Positions 12,057 to 22,524 of a stretch of DNA of 64,000 nt are shown here, in pieces. The position numbers were made by a program, and so were the translations under genes. The DNA comes from Diplonema japonicum (lineage: Eukaryota; Protista; Euglenozoa: Diplonemea). The stretch is from positions 248,001-312,000 of the forward strand of contig OZ025685.1 in assembly GCA_964019335.1 (NCBI GenBank), in the 5' to 3' direction. The notes below the pieces were generated by a model that did no database searches, was not told the DNA's origin, and was given only the letters and a program-made list of their open reading frames with translations. The first letter of the stretch is position 1. Each line of letters opens with the position of its first letter.

Positions 12057-12397
12057 ATCGAAATTATATTTTTTTTTGTGAGTCAGCATGCAACTGTCCC
12101 GCGCCTGGATGACGTGCACTTGCTTAGTTTAACACTCTTGCATCTCCCCTTTATCCCCCCTTTTTTTTCTTTCTTTGCCTCCCCCATTCTTCTTCCGTTT
12201 TCCACATTTCTTTTTTTTTTTGAGAAAGGGGGGTTGAAGAATGGGGAAAGAGCAAAAAAAAGGAACTAAAACCCCCCCCCCCCCCCCTGCTCCATGTCGG
12301 TTCTTTTTTTTTTTCTTCTTTTCTTTTCTCGCCGTCGTCCCCACCCTCCCACCCTCCCCACTGGTCTGGTTATATATTCTTATTGGTTTTTTTTTTC

Positions 12398-12432
<35 letters not shown>

Positions 12433-12471
12433 GAACAAAAAAAAAAAGGAGTGGGGAGGGGGAGAAAAAAA

Positions 12472-14562
12472 ATGGCGCGAATGGGGCTGAACATCGCTGC
12501 AATGGGGAGCCGAGACGATCCGCCTCTATCAGCTAGGCTGCACAATGCGATGTCGCCCAGGACGGCTAGAGGCCTGAACACAGCGAGGCTGGGGAATCAC
12601 ACACAAAGAGGAAACCTTTCCCATAGAGGCCCCAAGACTCCACTACGCTCGCCTTTAGCTCTGAGTGAGAGGTATTCCGCAGGGCTAGCATCGCCATCAT
12701 CAAGCTCGCTTCAAAAACGTTTAAGCAGCAACGCGTTAAAATCCCTGAGGAAGGAAGACAGCACAGGCACGGAAACAGAACCAAGCCCGAGTGCAACAGT
12801 ACTGTCGGTGGACATCCCGAAGCTCTCGTTAGGCGCCATCGAGACAAAGGGCAAGGCACAGGCGGAAACGAGAAAGAAAAAACGTATCTCAACAGATAAT
12901 GTCTTCTGCAATGTTGAAGCTGCGAAGAAAAAACTGGAAGCGGACGGGATCGACATCGATGCTCTTAAAGCCGCGTTCAGCAAAACGGATGTTAACGATT
13001 CTGGTCTTGACATAAACGAGTTCAGAAACCTTTGGAAAATGGTTTTCCCGCAACGGCCTTTGGACGAGTCAGCCTGGAGGTACATCGACAGAATCTTCAT
13101 AGAAATCGACAACGACGATTCTGATGAAATCTCGTGGGAGGAAATTCTGTCGTACCTCGACAAATCCCGAACGTTGGTCGAACGTGAGAAACCTCCCACT
13201 CAATGGAAGGAGATCATGTTTCGGTTTGTGGGTTACACTGAGGATGCCTATGATGATTCTGACTCCTTACAAGCCATCATGGTGGCTTTGTACAAATTCG
13301 TCTCGCAGATGGTCGTTGTTTTGTCTATCGTTGTTTTAATGATCGAATCGCTACCTTCGATGCAGAAGGAGGACCCAAATGAATCTCCTGGAAGCACCAC
13401 TACATTTGTTATTGAAACATGTTGTGTTGCGGTGTTCACGGTGGAGTTTTTCATGTGGATTATCTCGTACCCAACATCCGAACAATGGATCGATTCAGAA
13501 GGAAAAGCCCATGTCCTAGACAAGGACGAAGAAGTGTGGCCCCGACCGGACACGATGGAAACAATCAAATGGAGGCTGTTTTTCAAAGAACAGAACACAT
13601 ACATCGATTTTTTATCGATTGTCCCGTATTACATTCTGTTAATCGTGGACGGGCAGAATAACATTTCAGCGTTGGCATCTGTTCGTCTTTTACGGCTTTT
13701 AAGACTCCTGCGTATTACCAGAATTTTAAAATTGGGCCGATCTGGGTCGTATGGGAGAGCCCCGGAACTAGGCGCAGCATTGCAAAAATCTATCACATCG
13801 TTGTTGTTTCTGGTGATGCTCATTGTTATCGCAACGACGATGGCGTCATCGTGGATGTTCTACGCAGAATTAGAACAGGCTTCGTTCAACCCAGTTCTTG
13901 AGAAGTGGGTTCGAAATAACGATTCTGACTACGTCGATGCTGGGGAAGTACTTCAAATGCAATCTATCCCCGAAGCCCTCTGGTGGGGAATCGTCACATT
14001 GACCACTGTAGGGTACGGCGACCTCTACCCGATTACAATCGGCGGGAAGATAATCGCAAGCGTGACAATGTTGGGTGGCCTTATTGTAGTTGGATACCCC
14101 ATCACCATTCTAACCGGGACTTTTCAGATTATGGAGTACGAACGGTTCATGAAGGAGGAACAACTGGATCGTTGTAGGGAATTTTACCAGGGCATCAAAA
14201 CATGGGTCAATTCCCAAGACGGTATCGATGTGAAATTAGAGTCGGAAAACGGGGCAACAATGAAGGGGAACACCAGCAAACGATCTTCTCTGCTGCCGCA
14301 GCCGACCGCCATGGCGGCGAACCAGGATATTGTGGATTTGTTCAACGGGTTGGAGAACCGGATAGCGGAGAGGCTTGGGAGGATTAAGAGGAAGTTGAAC
14401 AAGCTGGAGTGCGACTCCGACGTCAGTGAGAGTGAAATCGACACTGATTCTTCAAGCAGTTGCAGCAGCAGCACTTCGTCCGCAACCTCGCTCACACCCG
14501 CTGCCGCTGCGAATGAACCTTACGCGAGAAACCTTGCCGTTCCAGTTCTACATATTAACTGA
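12472..14562 (+). CDS. Voltage-gated-type K+ channel (6TM) with N-terminal EF-hand pair
   Basis: Selectivity filter TLTTVGYGD, S4 VRLLRLLRLLRITRILKLGR, EF-hand-like loops DVNDSGLDINEF and DNDDSDEISWEE. The ORF-track extension upstream of 12472 is homopolymer UTR. Confidence 0.9.
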   Translation: MARMGLNIAAMGSRDDPPLSARLHNAMSPRTARGLNTARLGNHTQRGNLSHRGPKTPLRSPLALSERYSAGLASPSSSSLQKRLSSNALKSLRKEDSTGTETEPSPSATVLSVDIPKLSLGAIETKGKAQAETRKKKRISTDNVFCNVEAAKKKLEADGIDIDALKAAFSKTDVNDSGLDINEFRNLWKMVFPQRPLDESAWRYIDRIFIEIDNDDSDEISWEEILSYLDKSRTLVEREKPPTQWKEIMFRFVGYTEDAYDDSDSLQAIMVALYKFVSQMVVVLSIVVLMIESLPSMQKEDPNESPGSTTTFVIETCCVAVFTVEFFMWIISYPTSEQWIDSEGKAHVLDKDEEVWPRPDTMETIKWRLFFKEQNTYIDFLSIVPYYILLIVDGQNNISALASVRLLRLLRLLRITRILKLGRSGSYGRAPELGAALQKSITSLLFLVMLIVIATTMASSWMFYAELEQASFNPVLEKWVRNNDSDYVDAGEVLQMQSIPEALWWGIVTLTTVGYGDLYPITIGGKIIASVTMLGGLIVVGYPITILTGTFQIMEYERFMKEEQLDRCREFYQGIKTWVNSQDGIDVKLESENGATMKGNTSKRSSLLPQPTAMAANQDIVDLFNGLENRIAERLGRIKRKLNKLECDSDVSESEIDTDSSSSCSSSTSSATSLTPAAAANEPYARNLAVPVLHIN

Positions 14563-14626
14563 TAAAAAAAAGATTTTTTTTGGGGGGTATTTTTTTTTTT
14601 TTTTTTTCCGGTAAGTGAAAACGTGG

Positions 14627-14660
<34 letters not shown>

Positions 14661-14674
14661 GGATGGGAATACCA

Positions 14675-14802
14675 GGTGGTGGGGATAACATGGAAATGTA
14701 AACAGATGTGTTGTTCGCTGTTGATACCTCCCCGTCGGTCATCACCGGTAGCGCCCGAGTGGAAGAACGTAACGCAGATGCTCTGGGTGGCGAACAGGCA
14801 GC
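14675..14802 (+). ncRNA. HDV-like self-cleaving ribozyme (copy 1)
   Basis: P1 GGTGGTG(14675-81)/CATCACC(14740-46); P2 GCTGTTG/CAGGCAGC; P3 ACC/GGT; L3 TCCCCGTC; P1.1 GG(14747-48); P4 CGCCCGAGT/GCTCTGGGTG; J4/2 G-C(14791)-GAA. There is a 2-nt insertion between P2 and P3. Confidence 0.75.
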
Positions 14803-14976
14803 AAACTACACGGGCTACCCGGGGCGCCCCGGCTGGGGTTGAGCTGCACACCGCACGCATTAAGGACACGACGCGGAACGCAGAAGGAGCTACAGCTAGG
14901 CCGAGGTGCGCCCCCTGTAGTCAAGTAAATGGTGCTTGTGCAGGGTGCCCCCACCGGCTTCCTTTAAATCATCGAG
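14675..14976 (+). mobile_element. Ribozyme-headed non-autonomous retroposon (SINE/SIDE-like), copy 1
   Basis: Aligns over ~300 nt with 19203-19515. Lies between oligo(T) runs. Ends CCTTTAAATCATCGAG-T(n), similar to the 3' ends of the LINE-like fragments. Confidence 0.75.
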
Positions 14977-15075
14977 TTTTTTTTTTTTTTTTTTTTCCCA
15001 TTCCCCACTTCCTCTTTACGTTCATACTGATATGTAATTAGTACCAGGATCTCCTGAGCTGGAGCCCACTTGGTG

Positions 15076-15116
<41 letters not shown>

Positions 15117-15957
15117 GTCACGGAAGGCAAAAAAATACGAATTTCTTTTTTTTTTTGTACGCTTTTAGTTTTTTCTTTTTCTTTTTTTTTTTTCAGTAGA
15201 ACAAAAAAAACAAGGAAATAATTTAAAAAAAAAGGAGAGATTCTGCACACCAAGAAAGGAAACAGGAGCAGGAGGGGGCAGTGTACACAAACTTGACTGT
15301 TATCAATTTGCTGGTTTTGAAGCCAAATGGGGGGGGGGGGGGGGGGGGGCAAAGGATCGTCCAATTAGCCTGTTTCTTCTTCTTCCTTCTCTCTCCTATC
15401 CTTACCCCCCCCCCCCCCCCCCTCCCTCTCTCTCTCTCTCTCTCTCCATAACTCCACATGACCCCCTTTTTTATGATTTTTCTTTTCCTTCATAAAAGAC
15501 AAGAATTTTCTTCTTCTTTTTTTATTTGAAAAAAAAAAATTGCTCGCTTTATTTTTTTTTTCTCTTTTTCTTTTGTTAGATGGGGAACCAACAACACAAC
15601 GAGAAAAAAAAAAAAAAAAACAAGAAAAATAAAGAGGGTGTGGAAAAGAAGGAATCTAAAAAAAAAAAAAAAAAAGGCAGCACCTTGCGTGTATTTTATA
15701 GAAAATCCCCCTCCCCCCCATCTCCATCCTCCAATATTGTACCAGTCAGAGGGAAAAAAAAAAAAAAAAAAAAAAAAAGAAGAAGAACCCCCTGCGTGAA
15801 TACCCGTTCAAGCCGTATCATCTTCCCTGCTGTATTATTTCCTCCCACTCCCCCCCTTTTTTTTTCCAAAAAAAAAAATCTTTAAAAAAAAAAAGGAGGG
15901 CAGGGCACACAAACACACACACACAAAAAAAAAAAAAAAGTCCCTCCCTCCCCCTCT

Positions 15958-17238
15958 ATGCGAGCGAAACTATTATATACCACAATTCTGTTGATAAATG
16001 TGTTGACATGCTCGACTATCAGCACCATTGCCGACTACCAAAGTGGATCGCACTATGAGGTGAGCATGTTAAAAGTAAACCAAACAACACTGACGGGCCT
16101 TGAAAAGCGGAGCGGCAGCCAGCTCACATGGGTTCTAGAAGACCTGGGACACGGCCTGGACATAGGAGTTCAAGTAGACACTATATCGGTTTCCATAGGA
16201 AGCGAAAACGAAATATCCGGCTTGGTACCGTCCTACAAGTTACAAATGGTCGTCACGTGCATATGCATCTCGTGCAATTCGCAACCTTTTGGACAAGAAT
16301 GTTCCACCACACAACCGCTTGAGACGGAGCTCAGATCCGGAAATCAGATCAGCGTTTCCCACCCTGACGAGGGAACAACGGTTACCTACAAATACCAGCT
16401 TTTAATAGAAATAACCGGCGTGCTGGCGATCCGGAACCTGGACTCGGTTTCGATCTCGATTTCCGGAACAAAAAGCGAACGCAAAACGTGTAAAACTACG
16501 TCAGGTGAAAAATGCCATTTCCCGTTTGCACTAAACGGCCAGGTCTTCACCCAATGCACAACGGGTTCTGTTCCTTTGTGTTTTGTGTTTGATGCGAGCG
16601 AACCGGGGAAGACAGGACAATGTACTTCTTGCGGTGAACCATCTGTATCCAATGCCCCTCTCACCATTTCTCCAACTGACGTCCCGACACAAGCTCCTGG
16701 AACACCAGCCCCGAAGGACCTTAATACTGTGTCCCTTGCCATGCGTATAGTAGGTGGATTAAGTATTATATTCTTAGGGTGTTGCATTGGGTGTGGAACG
16801 TTGTTATGGCTCGACAGCGGTCGGAACCCGCCCCCCGAATCAGAAGGGGAAACTGAAGATCATATGCCCAATCATGGTGATGTTGGTGTGTATAGGCAGG
16901 CTAATCTCGCGAACTCTCCTTTCGACCCATCGGAGTTTCAGATTACAGTTGCCTCGTTGCTGGATCACGTGAAAGAGACGGCAGAGGTACCTCCAAACAC
17001 GTCTTGCTGTGTTTGTTTGGAATCTGCTGAGGATGATGGCAACGCTGCTGAAAAACACACTCCTTACGGTGGGGATATAGAGGCGCAAACTATACCTGAT
17101 GACGGTACCGAGCCGAAATCGTGGGCGGTGCTTCCTTGTGGGCATGACATGCATTATTCATGTCTCCGTCTGTGGCTTCTTCAAAGAGCTGGGAAAAAAT
17201 TGGTTATGACATGTCCTGTGTGCAGGGCTCCGGTATGA
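15958..17238 (+). CDS. Signal peptide + fibronectin type II-like domain + TM + RING-H2 E3 ligase
   Basis: Hydrophobic N-terminus; GEKCHFPFALNGQVFTQCT..LC..GQC; TM IVGGLSIIFLGCCIGCGTLLWL; C-terminal CCVC...LPCGHDMHYSCLRLWL...CPVCR. Confidence 0.85.
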   Translation: MRAKLLYTTILLINVLTCSTISTIADYQSGSHYEVSMLKVNQTTLTGLEKRSGSQLTWVLEDLGHGLDIGVQVDTISVSIGSENEISGLVPSYKLQMVVTCICISCNSQPFGQECSTTQPLETELRSGNQISVSHPDEGTTVTYKYQLLIEITGVLAIRNLDSVSISISGTKSERKTCKTTSGEKCHFPFALNGQVFTQCTTGSVPLCFVFDASEPGKTGQCTSCGEPSVSNAPLTISPTDVPTQAPGTPAPKDLNTVSLAMRIVGGLSIIFLGCCIGCGTLLWLDSGRNPPPESEGETEDHMPNHGDVGVYRQANLANSPFDPSEFQITVASLLDHVKETAEVPPNTSCCVCLESAEDDGNAAEKHTPYGGDIEAQTIPDDGTEPKSWAVLPCGHDMHYSCLRLWLLQRAGKKLVMTCPVCRAPV

Positions 17239-17798
17239 TTATGCGGGTGGAATAAATGTACTTTTTTTTTTTTTTTAAAAAATTATAGTTATCTGAAGCG
17301 ATAAGCAGTCAGATGGCGAAGGAAGGTGATGAAGGGGGAGAGGCTTAATCTTTTTTTTGGGGGGGGGGTAAAATCTGTCATTCTCTTCTAACCTTCATAT
17401 TTTTTTTTTTTATTCTGTTCAGTTTTTTCTTTTTCTTTCTCTTTCTGGTGTTTAAAAAAAAAAAAAGAGGGTTGAAGGGGAGAAAAAAAAAAAGAAATAT
17501 TCTCCCATATGTATGCTCTTTTCTTATTTGTTCCCGAGGAAAGGGGGAAGAGGGAGGAAAAAGAAAAATGCGGTGATTTGAAGGGAGGTAAAAAAAAAAA
17601 AAAAAAAAAGGGGTGAAGTGTTTTCTTGGTTTACAGAAAGATCGCAATCTCACAGAAATTATTGTTACTGAGTTGTAGCATAATATTTACACTCCCCCTC
17701 CTCCCCCCTACCCCGCAACTTTCTTGGTGCAATGGCTGCTTTTGGGGTCCCTCCCCCCAGTCATCATTTTAAAACGACTTTCTGCAATGCTAAGTTTG

Positions 17799-17843
<45 letters not shown>

Positions 17844-19202
17844 TTTTTTGCTTTTTAGCCACACTCCCTCCTTTTTTTTTCCCCCCTCTTTTTTTTTTGT
17901 TTGAAATATTAAATTCGAGAATAAACAAATGCCTCCTGTCTTTAGGCTTATTTCATGTATTGAAGGGGGGGGATAATAATAATTAAAAAAAATTGGAGAG
18001 AAAAAACCGCCCCGATAACCCTTATGAGATTATTCCATTGACGAAAGCTATTTTGTTTTTCACCTTTGGGGGGGGGGGTTTTTCTTTTTTTCTTTTTTTT
18101 TATACCCCTGAATGCTACCAGATATATGATGATACGTTAGTTAAGCTAATTGTTATTTCCTTCCTTTCACCTCCTTTTATTTTTTTTCTACAAAAAAAAA
18201 AGTAAGAATTGTTTTAAAACTCAGTCGATTCCCTTCTTTTTTTCTTCCCCCCTTTTTTTTTTTCTTTTTTTTTCTTTTTTTTTTCTTTTCTTTTGCGTTG
18301 CATATCTCTAAAACATGTGGAGAAACTTTTTGCCATTGTCCTTTTTTTTTTTTCTTTACTGGGGGTTTTTTGTCCCCCCCCCCCCCAACCAAATAGCAAT
18401 TCTCTGATTCTCATCCCAACACAGGTTTAAGAGATACGTAACGTTTGAAAGAAGAAAGTTTTTCTTTTTAAGGCGATCCTGTCACATACTGCAGGTTCCC
18501 TTCAAAGACATCTTTTTTTTTCCCTACATGCGAAAACCGGAAGTACATAAAGCTCACTAAAAAGAAGATCCTTCTGCCCCGCTGTGCTATGCAAGCTAAG
18601 AAGAGAGAGAGAGAAAAAAAAAAAAAAAAGGGGTAGGAAAGAAAAGGGGGGGAAGAAATGAGTATAAAGTAACTTTTTTTTTTTCCCCCCCATTTCTCCC
18701 ACCCAGGGATTGATTCCTTGGTGTTAAGCAGTTTTCTTTTCTTGAGACGGCTGGAATAAAAAAAAAAAAAAGAAAGCTGTGGGACCTTCAAGGCCCCCTT
18801 CTTTTATTCTTTCATTTTTTTTTTGTTTCACATTGAATACTGCTGCTTGGGCTTATACACATCAGGGAGGAGGAAAAGAAAGCCTCTTCCTTTTTTTGAT
18901 ATCTGACTTTGTTTCCGTCTTCCTCCGCACTTTTTTTTTTCCCTCTTTTTTTTTTTCATTCTGGGAAAAAAAACCCTCCCCCCCAAAAAAAACAAGAACA
19001 AAAGTAGACTACTGTGGGACCTCTTAATTATTTCATGGGAAAAAAGAGAAGAAGAAGAAGAAGAAGGGGAAAAAAAAGAGGAAATCCCCGCAAGGGAAAC
19101 CAAAAAAACCACAGGGTACGGCGTAAGGGTTTTGCCTTTTAAGGCGAGGCCCTGTCATGTACAGCAGGCTTTTCCCTTCAATTTTTTTTTCTTTTTTTCA
19201 AA

Positions 19203-19336
19203 GGTGTTGGGGATAGCATGAAAATATAAGGAAAACATCAGATGTGTTGTTCGCTGTTGACCTCCTCGTCGGTCATCACCGGTAGCACCCGAGTGGAAGA
19301 ACGTAACGCAGATGCTCAGGGTGACGAACAGGCAGC
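19203..19336 (+). ncRNA. HDV-like self-cleaving ribozyme (copy 2)
   Basis: P1 GGTGTTG(19203-09)/CATCACC(19274-80) with one U.U mismatch; P2 GCTGTTG/CAGGCAGC; P3 ACC/GGT; L3 TCCTCGTC; P1.1 GG; P4 CACCCGAGT/GCTCAGGGTG; J4/2 A-C(19325)-GAA. Confidence 0.78.
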
Positions 19337-19515
19337 AAACTGCACGAGCGCAGAATCTTGGTTACCCGGGACGCCCCGGCTGGGGTTGAGCTGTACACCG
19401 CACGCATTAAGGACACGACGCAGAAGAAGCTACAACTCGGCCGCGGCGCGCCCCCTGTAATCAAGTAGACAGTTCTTGTGCAGGGCGCCGCCAACACCGG
19501 CCTCCTTTAACTCAT
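19203..19515 (+). mobile_element. Ribozyme-headed non-autonomous retroposon (SINE/SIDE-like), copy 2
   Basis: Diverged copy of 14675-14976. Starts just after a T-tract and ends CCTCCTTTAACTCAT-(AT)n-T(n). Confidence 0.75.
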
Positions 19516-20000
19516 ATATATATATATATTTTTTTTTTTTTTGTTCTTTCTTCTTTTCTTTCCAGATAGCGATAGGTGACGCACGGCACAGAAATTGCCT
19601 CGCTTTTTTCTTTCTTTCTTTCTTTTTTTGCATTATTCCCGAGCTACCTTTACTTTCGGAACAAGTATTAAAAAAAAAAAGATTGAAGGGGTGGTTTTTT
19701 TTTTTTTTATTCACAGTGAAAAGAAGGAAAAGGTGTACAAAAAAATGCGACGCACCACCACTACCTCCCGGTTTTGGTTTCTGATACCTTGTTGCCCCCC
19801 CCCCCCCCCCCCCCCCTATTCATTGACAAGCGCAGTTTGCAACGTAGCACTGTGTAAGCGAGCCCACAAGCAAAATGCTTTTTGTTGAATAGCTCCTCTC
19901 CCCCCTTCTTATTATCTTCATTCAGGCTCTCTATTTTATTTTATTTATTATTATTATTATTTTTTTTTTTTCATTTCGTCAGTCCGTCCTGTTTTTTTTA

Positions 20001-20121
20001 CTGTAAAACGAATAATGTCGGACGGAAAAAATTATCGGACAGAAAAACTCCCGGACGGAAAAATTCCCGGACGCCAAAAAAACTCGGACATTTTTCCGTC
20101 CGGGAGTTTTTCGTTTTATAG
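20001..20121. mobile_element. MITE, Tc1/mariner-pogo-like, TA target duplication
   Basis: TA|CTGTAAAACGAA ... TTCGTTTTATAG|TA (11/12 TIR match). Internal direct and inverted CGGACGGAAAAA repeats. Confidence 0.7.
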
Positions 20122-20180
20122 TATTTCTTTTTTTTTTTTTTTTTTCCAGCCCTCATTTTTCCTCCATCACAGGGAAGGGG

Positions 20181-20214
<34 letters not shown>

Positions 20215-20217
<3 letters not shown>

Positions 20218-20910
20218 CCAATCCTTCCCATTCTGGCAGGAATAGCCTTGGCCAGCACATTTCCCATAAACACGACTCGGGGTATGACCCTGCTTTCAGT
20301 GACGCTTGGAGGAGGTCTGCCACACAGCAAAAGTATAGGATACTTGGATACCGTGCTCATAGAAAAGGTAGAAAACTGCACAGGACTCGCTGGGGTGGTG
20401 AGGGGGTCCGAAAAAGGCCCGTTTCGCCTACGCAACGGGACAACAGTACAAGAAAGCGGTGTGTGGACCTTGTACGTTCTGAAGGGCTCCCCGAATGAGT
20501 GTAAAGTAACATACTGGTACCCTATTGTAAGCAAAGGTTTCTTAATATCAATCCCCCAAAACGTCGTTTGGGCCGGTATCGCTGCACTTGGTGCTCTCTG
20601 GGTAGGTTTTCTTCTGAACCTCTTCAGGCGGCTTGCAAGTACAATGTCTGCAAGGCAGCAGCATCTCGTCACATGTTTAGACTCTTTACACACCCTTCCT
20701 CAAGGCCGTAGTACTCTTGCGTATCACTGCACCATTTGTCTTTGCACCGACCACACCTCCTCTCCAACAGCTTCGACTTGGTGCCATCTTCAGTGTGGGC
20801 ACTACTTCCACTTTTCTTGCCTTAAGACCTGGCTCACCGGGATCTCTGTACACACTATGAAGCTTACTTGCCCTATATGCCGCCAGATGCTTTCCCCCGT
20901 TTCTGTTTGA
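20215..20910 (+). CDS. Signal peptide + TM + RING-H2 E3 ligase
   Basis: MPILPILAGIALAS leader; TM VVWAGIAALGALWVGFLL; CTIC...LQCGHYFHFSCLKTWL...CPICR. Confidence 0.85.
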
Positions 20911-20980
20911 AGGAAAAAGAAAGAATTGAAAAGAAGTACTTGAGGTGACGCTTTCCAGCTTCTCCTTGCCCTGCTCTTCC

Positions 20981-21045
20981 TTCCCCTTTCCCCTTTCCCC
21001 TTTCCCCTTTCCCCTTTCCCCTTTCCCCTTTCCCCCTTCCCCTTT
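20981..21045 (+). repeat. (TTTCCCC)n tandem repeat, probable polypyrimidine tract
   Basis: About 9 units of TTTCCCC, followed by CAG (21058-60) 10 nt before ATG 21071. Confidence 0.75.
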
Positions 21046-21070
21046 CGAACACCGTGACAGGAACGATCAA

Positions 21071-21910
21071 ATGGGCTGTGTGCATACCAAACATGCTCCG
21101 CAGGAGGAGATCCCTTCGAAGCAGAGACCCGTCGAGAAGGTAGAGGAGAAGGTTGAGAAGAAGGCTGAGGAGGAGCCTAAACAGCACGATGCTCTGAAGA
21201 TGCTCGCAGAGGCCAGCGGGACAGACAAGGTGTTCGTTGCTGCGCTGAACGAGATGGCAGAGGAGAAGAAGGGGGCGGAAGACAACAAGGAGACAAAGAG
21301 GGAGGCACAGGAGGACAGCGACCATGGGCTGAGCGATGTGGGCCCGTCGCCTGCTGCAGGTGACGAAAATGACGCCAAGCAGGAAAAACCCGAAGAAGAG
21401 AAGCCTACCGAAGAAGAGGAAAAACCTGTTGAGGCTGAGGAGGAGGCCAAGACCGAGGAGGTGGTTGTTGAAGAAGAGGCCAAGACCGAGGAGGTGGCTG
21501 TTGAGGAGGAGGCCAAGACCGAGGAGGTGGCTGTTGAAGAAGAAGCCAAGACCGAGGATGTGGCTGTTGAAGAAGAAGCCAAGACCGAGGAGGTGGCTGT
21601 TGAGGAGGAGGCCAAGACCGAGGAGGTGGCTGTTGAGGAAGAAAAGCCTGTTGAGGCTGAGGCCAAGGACGGGATGGTGGATGTTTCTTTGAGCGAGATC
21701 CCCAGGGAGAAGGAGGTCGAGAAGACTGAGGTGCCCACCGACGTTGAGGTTGTGGAAACCGAAGTCACTGAGGAGGCCACCAAGGTTGAAGAGGCCAATG
21801 ATGAGGAAGAGAATGTGGCAGAACCCGATCAGGCGGAGGAACCCACCTCCCCCTCTTCCCCTGGGCAGAAGAAGAAGAACAAGAAGAACAAGAGGAAGAA
21901 CAAGAACTAA
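21071..21910 (+). CDS. Acidic repeat protein with predicted N-myristoylation/palmitoylation
   Basis: MGCVHTK start; six 33-nt/11-aa repeats EEEAKTEEVAV (21437-21634); polybasic C-terminus KKKNKKNKRKNKN. Confidence 0.85.
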   Translation: MGCVHTKHAPQEEIPSKQRPVEKVEEKVEKKAEEEPKQHDALKMLAEASGTDKVFVAALNEMAEEKKGAEDNKETKREAQEDSDHGLSDVGPSPAAGDENDAKQEKPEEEKPTEEEEKPVEAEEEAKTEEVVVEEEAKTEEVAVEEEAKTEEVAVEEEAKTEDVAVEEEAKTEEVAVEEEAKTEEVAVEEEKPVEAEAKDGMVDVSLSEIPREKEVEKTEVPTDVEVVETEVTEEATKVEEANDEEENVAEPDQAEEPTSPSSPGQKKKNKKNKRKNKN

Positions 21911-21924
21911 GATGAAGGTGATCA

Positions 21925-21989
<65 letters not shown>

Positions 21990-22524
21990 GTAGTTGAAAC
22001 TACGCGTGGCTTGTGAGTGCTGTATCGAGGAAAGGGAAATTTCAAAAATGAAAAATATAAATAAAAAAACGAGGGGAAAAAAAAAAAGAAAGCGCGGCAA
22101 AAAGTAATCGCTGATTCCCCCTTCCCTCCCTCCCTCTGTGAGGACAAACGTCAGGCTTTTTTTTTTCTTTCCCCCCCCATCCCCAGTACCCCACTCCCGT
22201 TTTCCATTTCTTCTTTTTATGAATTTGCTCCCACAATCAGTTTACCCTTCCTTTTTTTTCTTTTTGTGCTTTTTCTTTTTGAAAAATTTTGTTTCTTAGA
22301 AAATGGGAACAGTAGTGCCACTCCAAGAAAAAAGAAAGGGGGATGGGATTCTAGTTCGATGTTTAAGGTATGTGTATCTTTTTTTTGATTTTTAAAGAAA
22401 AAAGATTTTTATTGAGTAGAAAAATGGTGAGGGTGGTTCAGAGTTCCAAGGCACAAACGCCAGCCTGGAACCTTTCCCCTTTCTTTTTTTTTCCCACCCC
22501 CTATTTTACCTTGCTTTTTTTTTT

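Noticed and set aside
19235-19280. Minus-strand box C (GTGATGA) / box D (CTGA) snoRNA-like pair
   Set aside because: Too short, box D is absent in the other copy, and the sequence is better explained as P1' of the + strand ribozyme.
20981-21045. Telomere-like repeat
   Set aside because: The unit GGGGAAA is not the euglenozoan TTAGGG, and its position fits a splice-acceptor pyrimidine tract.
21437-21634. 33-nt repeats as a CRISPR-like array
   Set aside because: Head-to-tail in-frame coding repeats without spacers.
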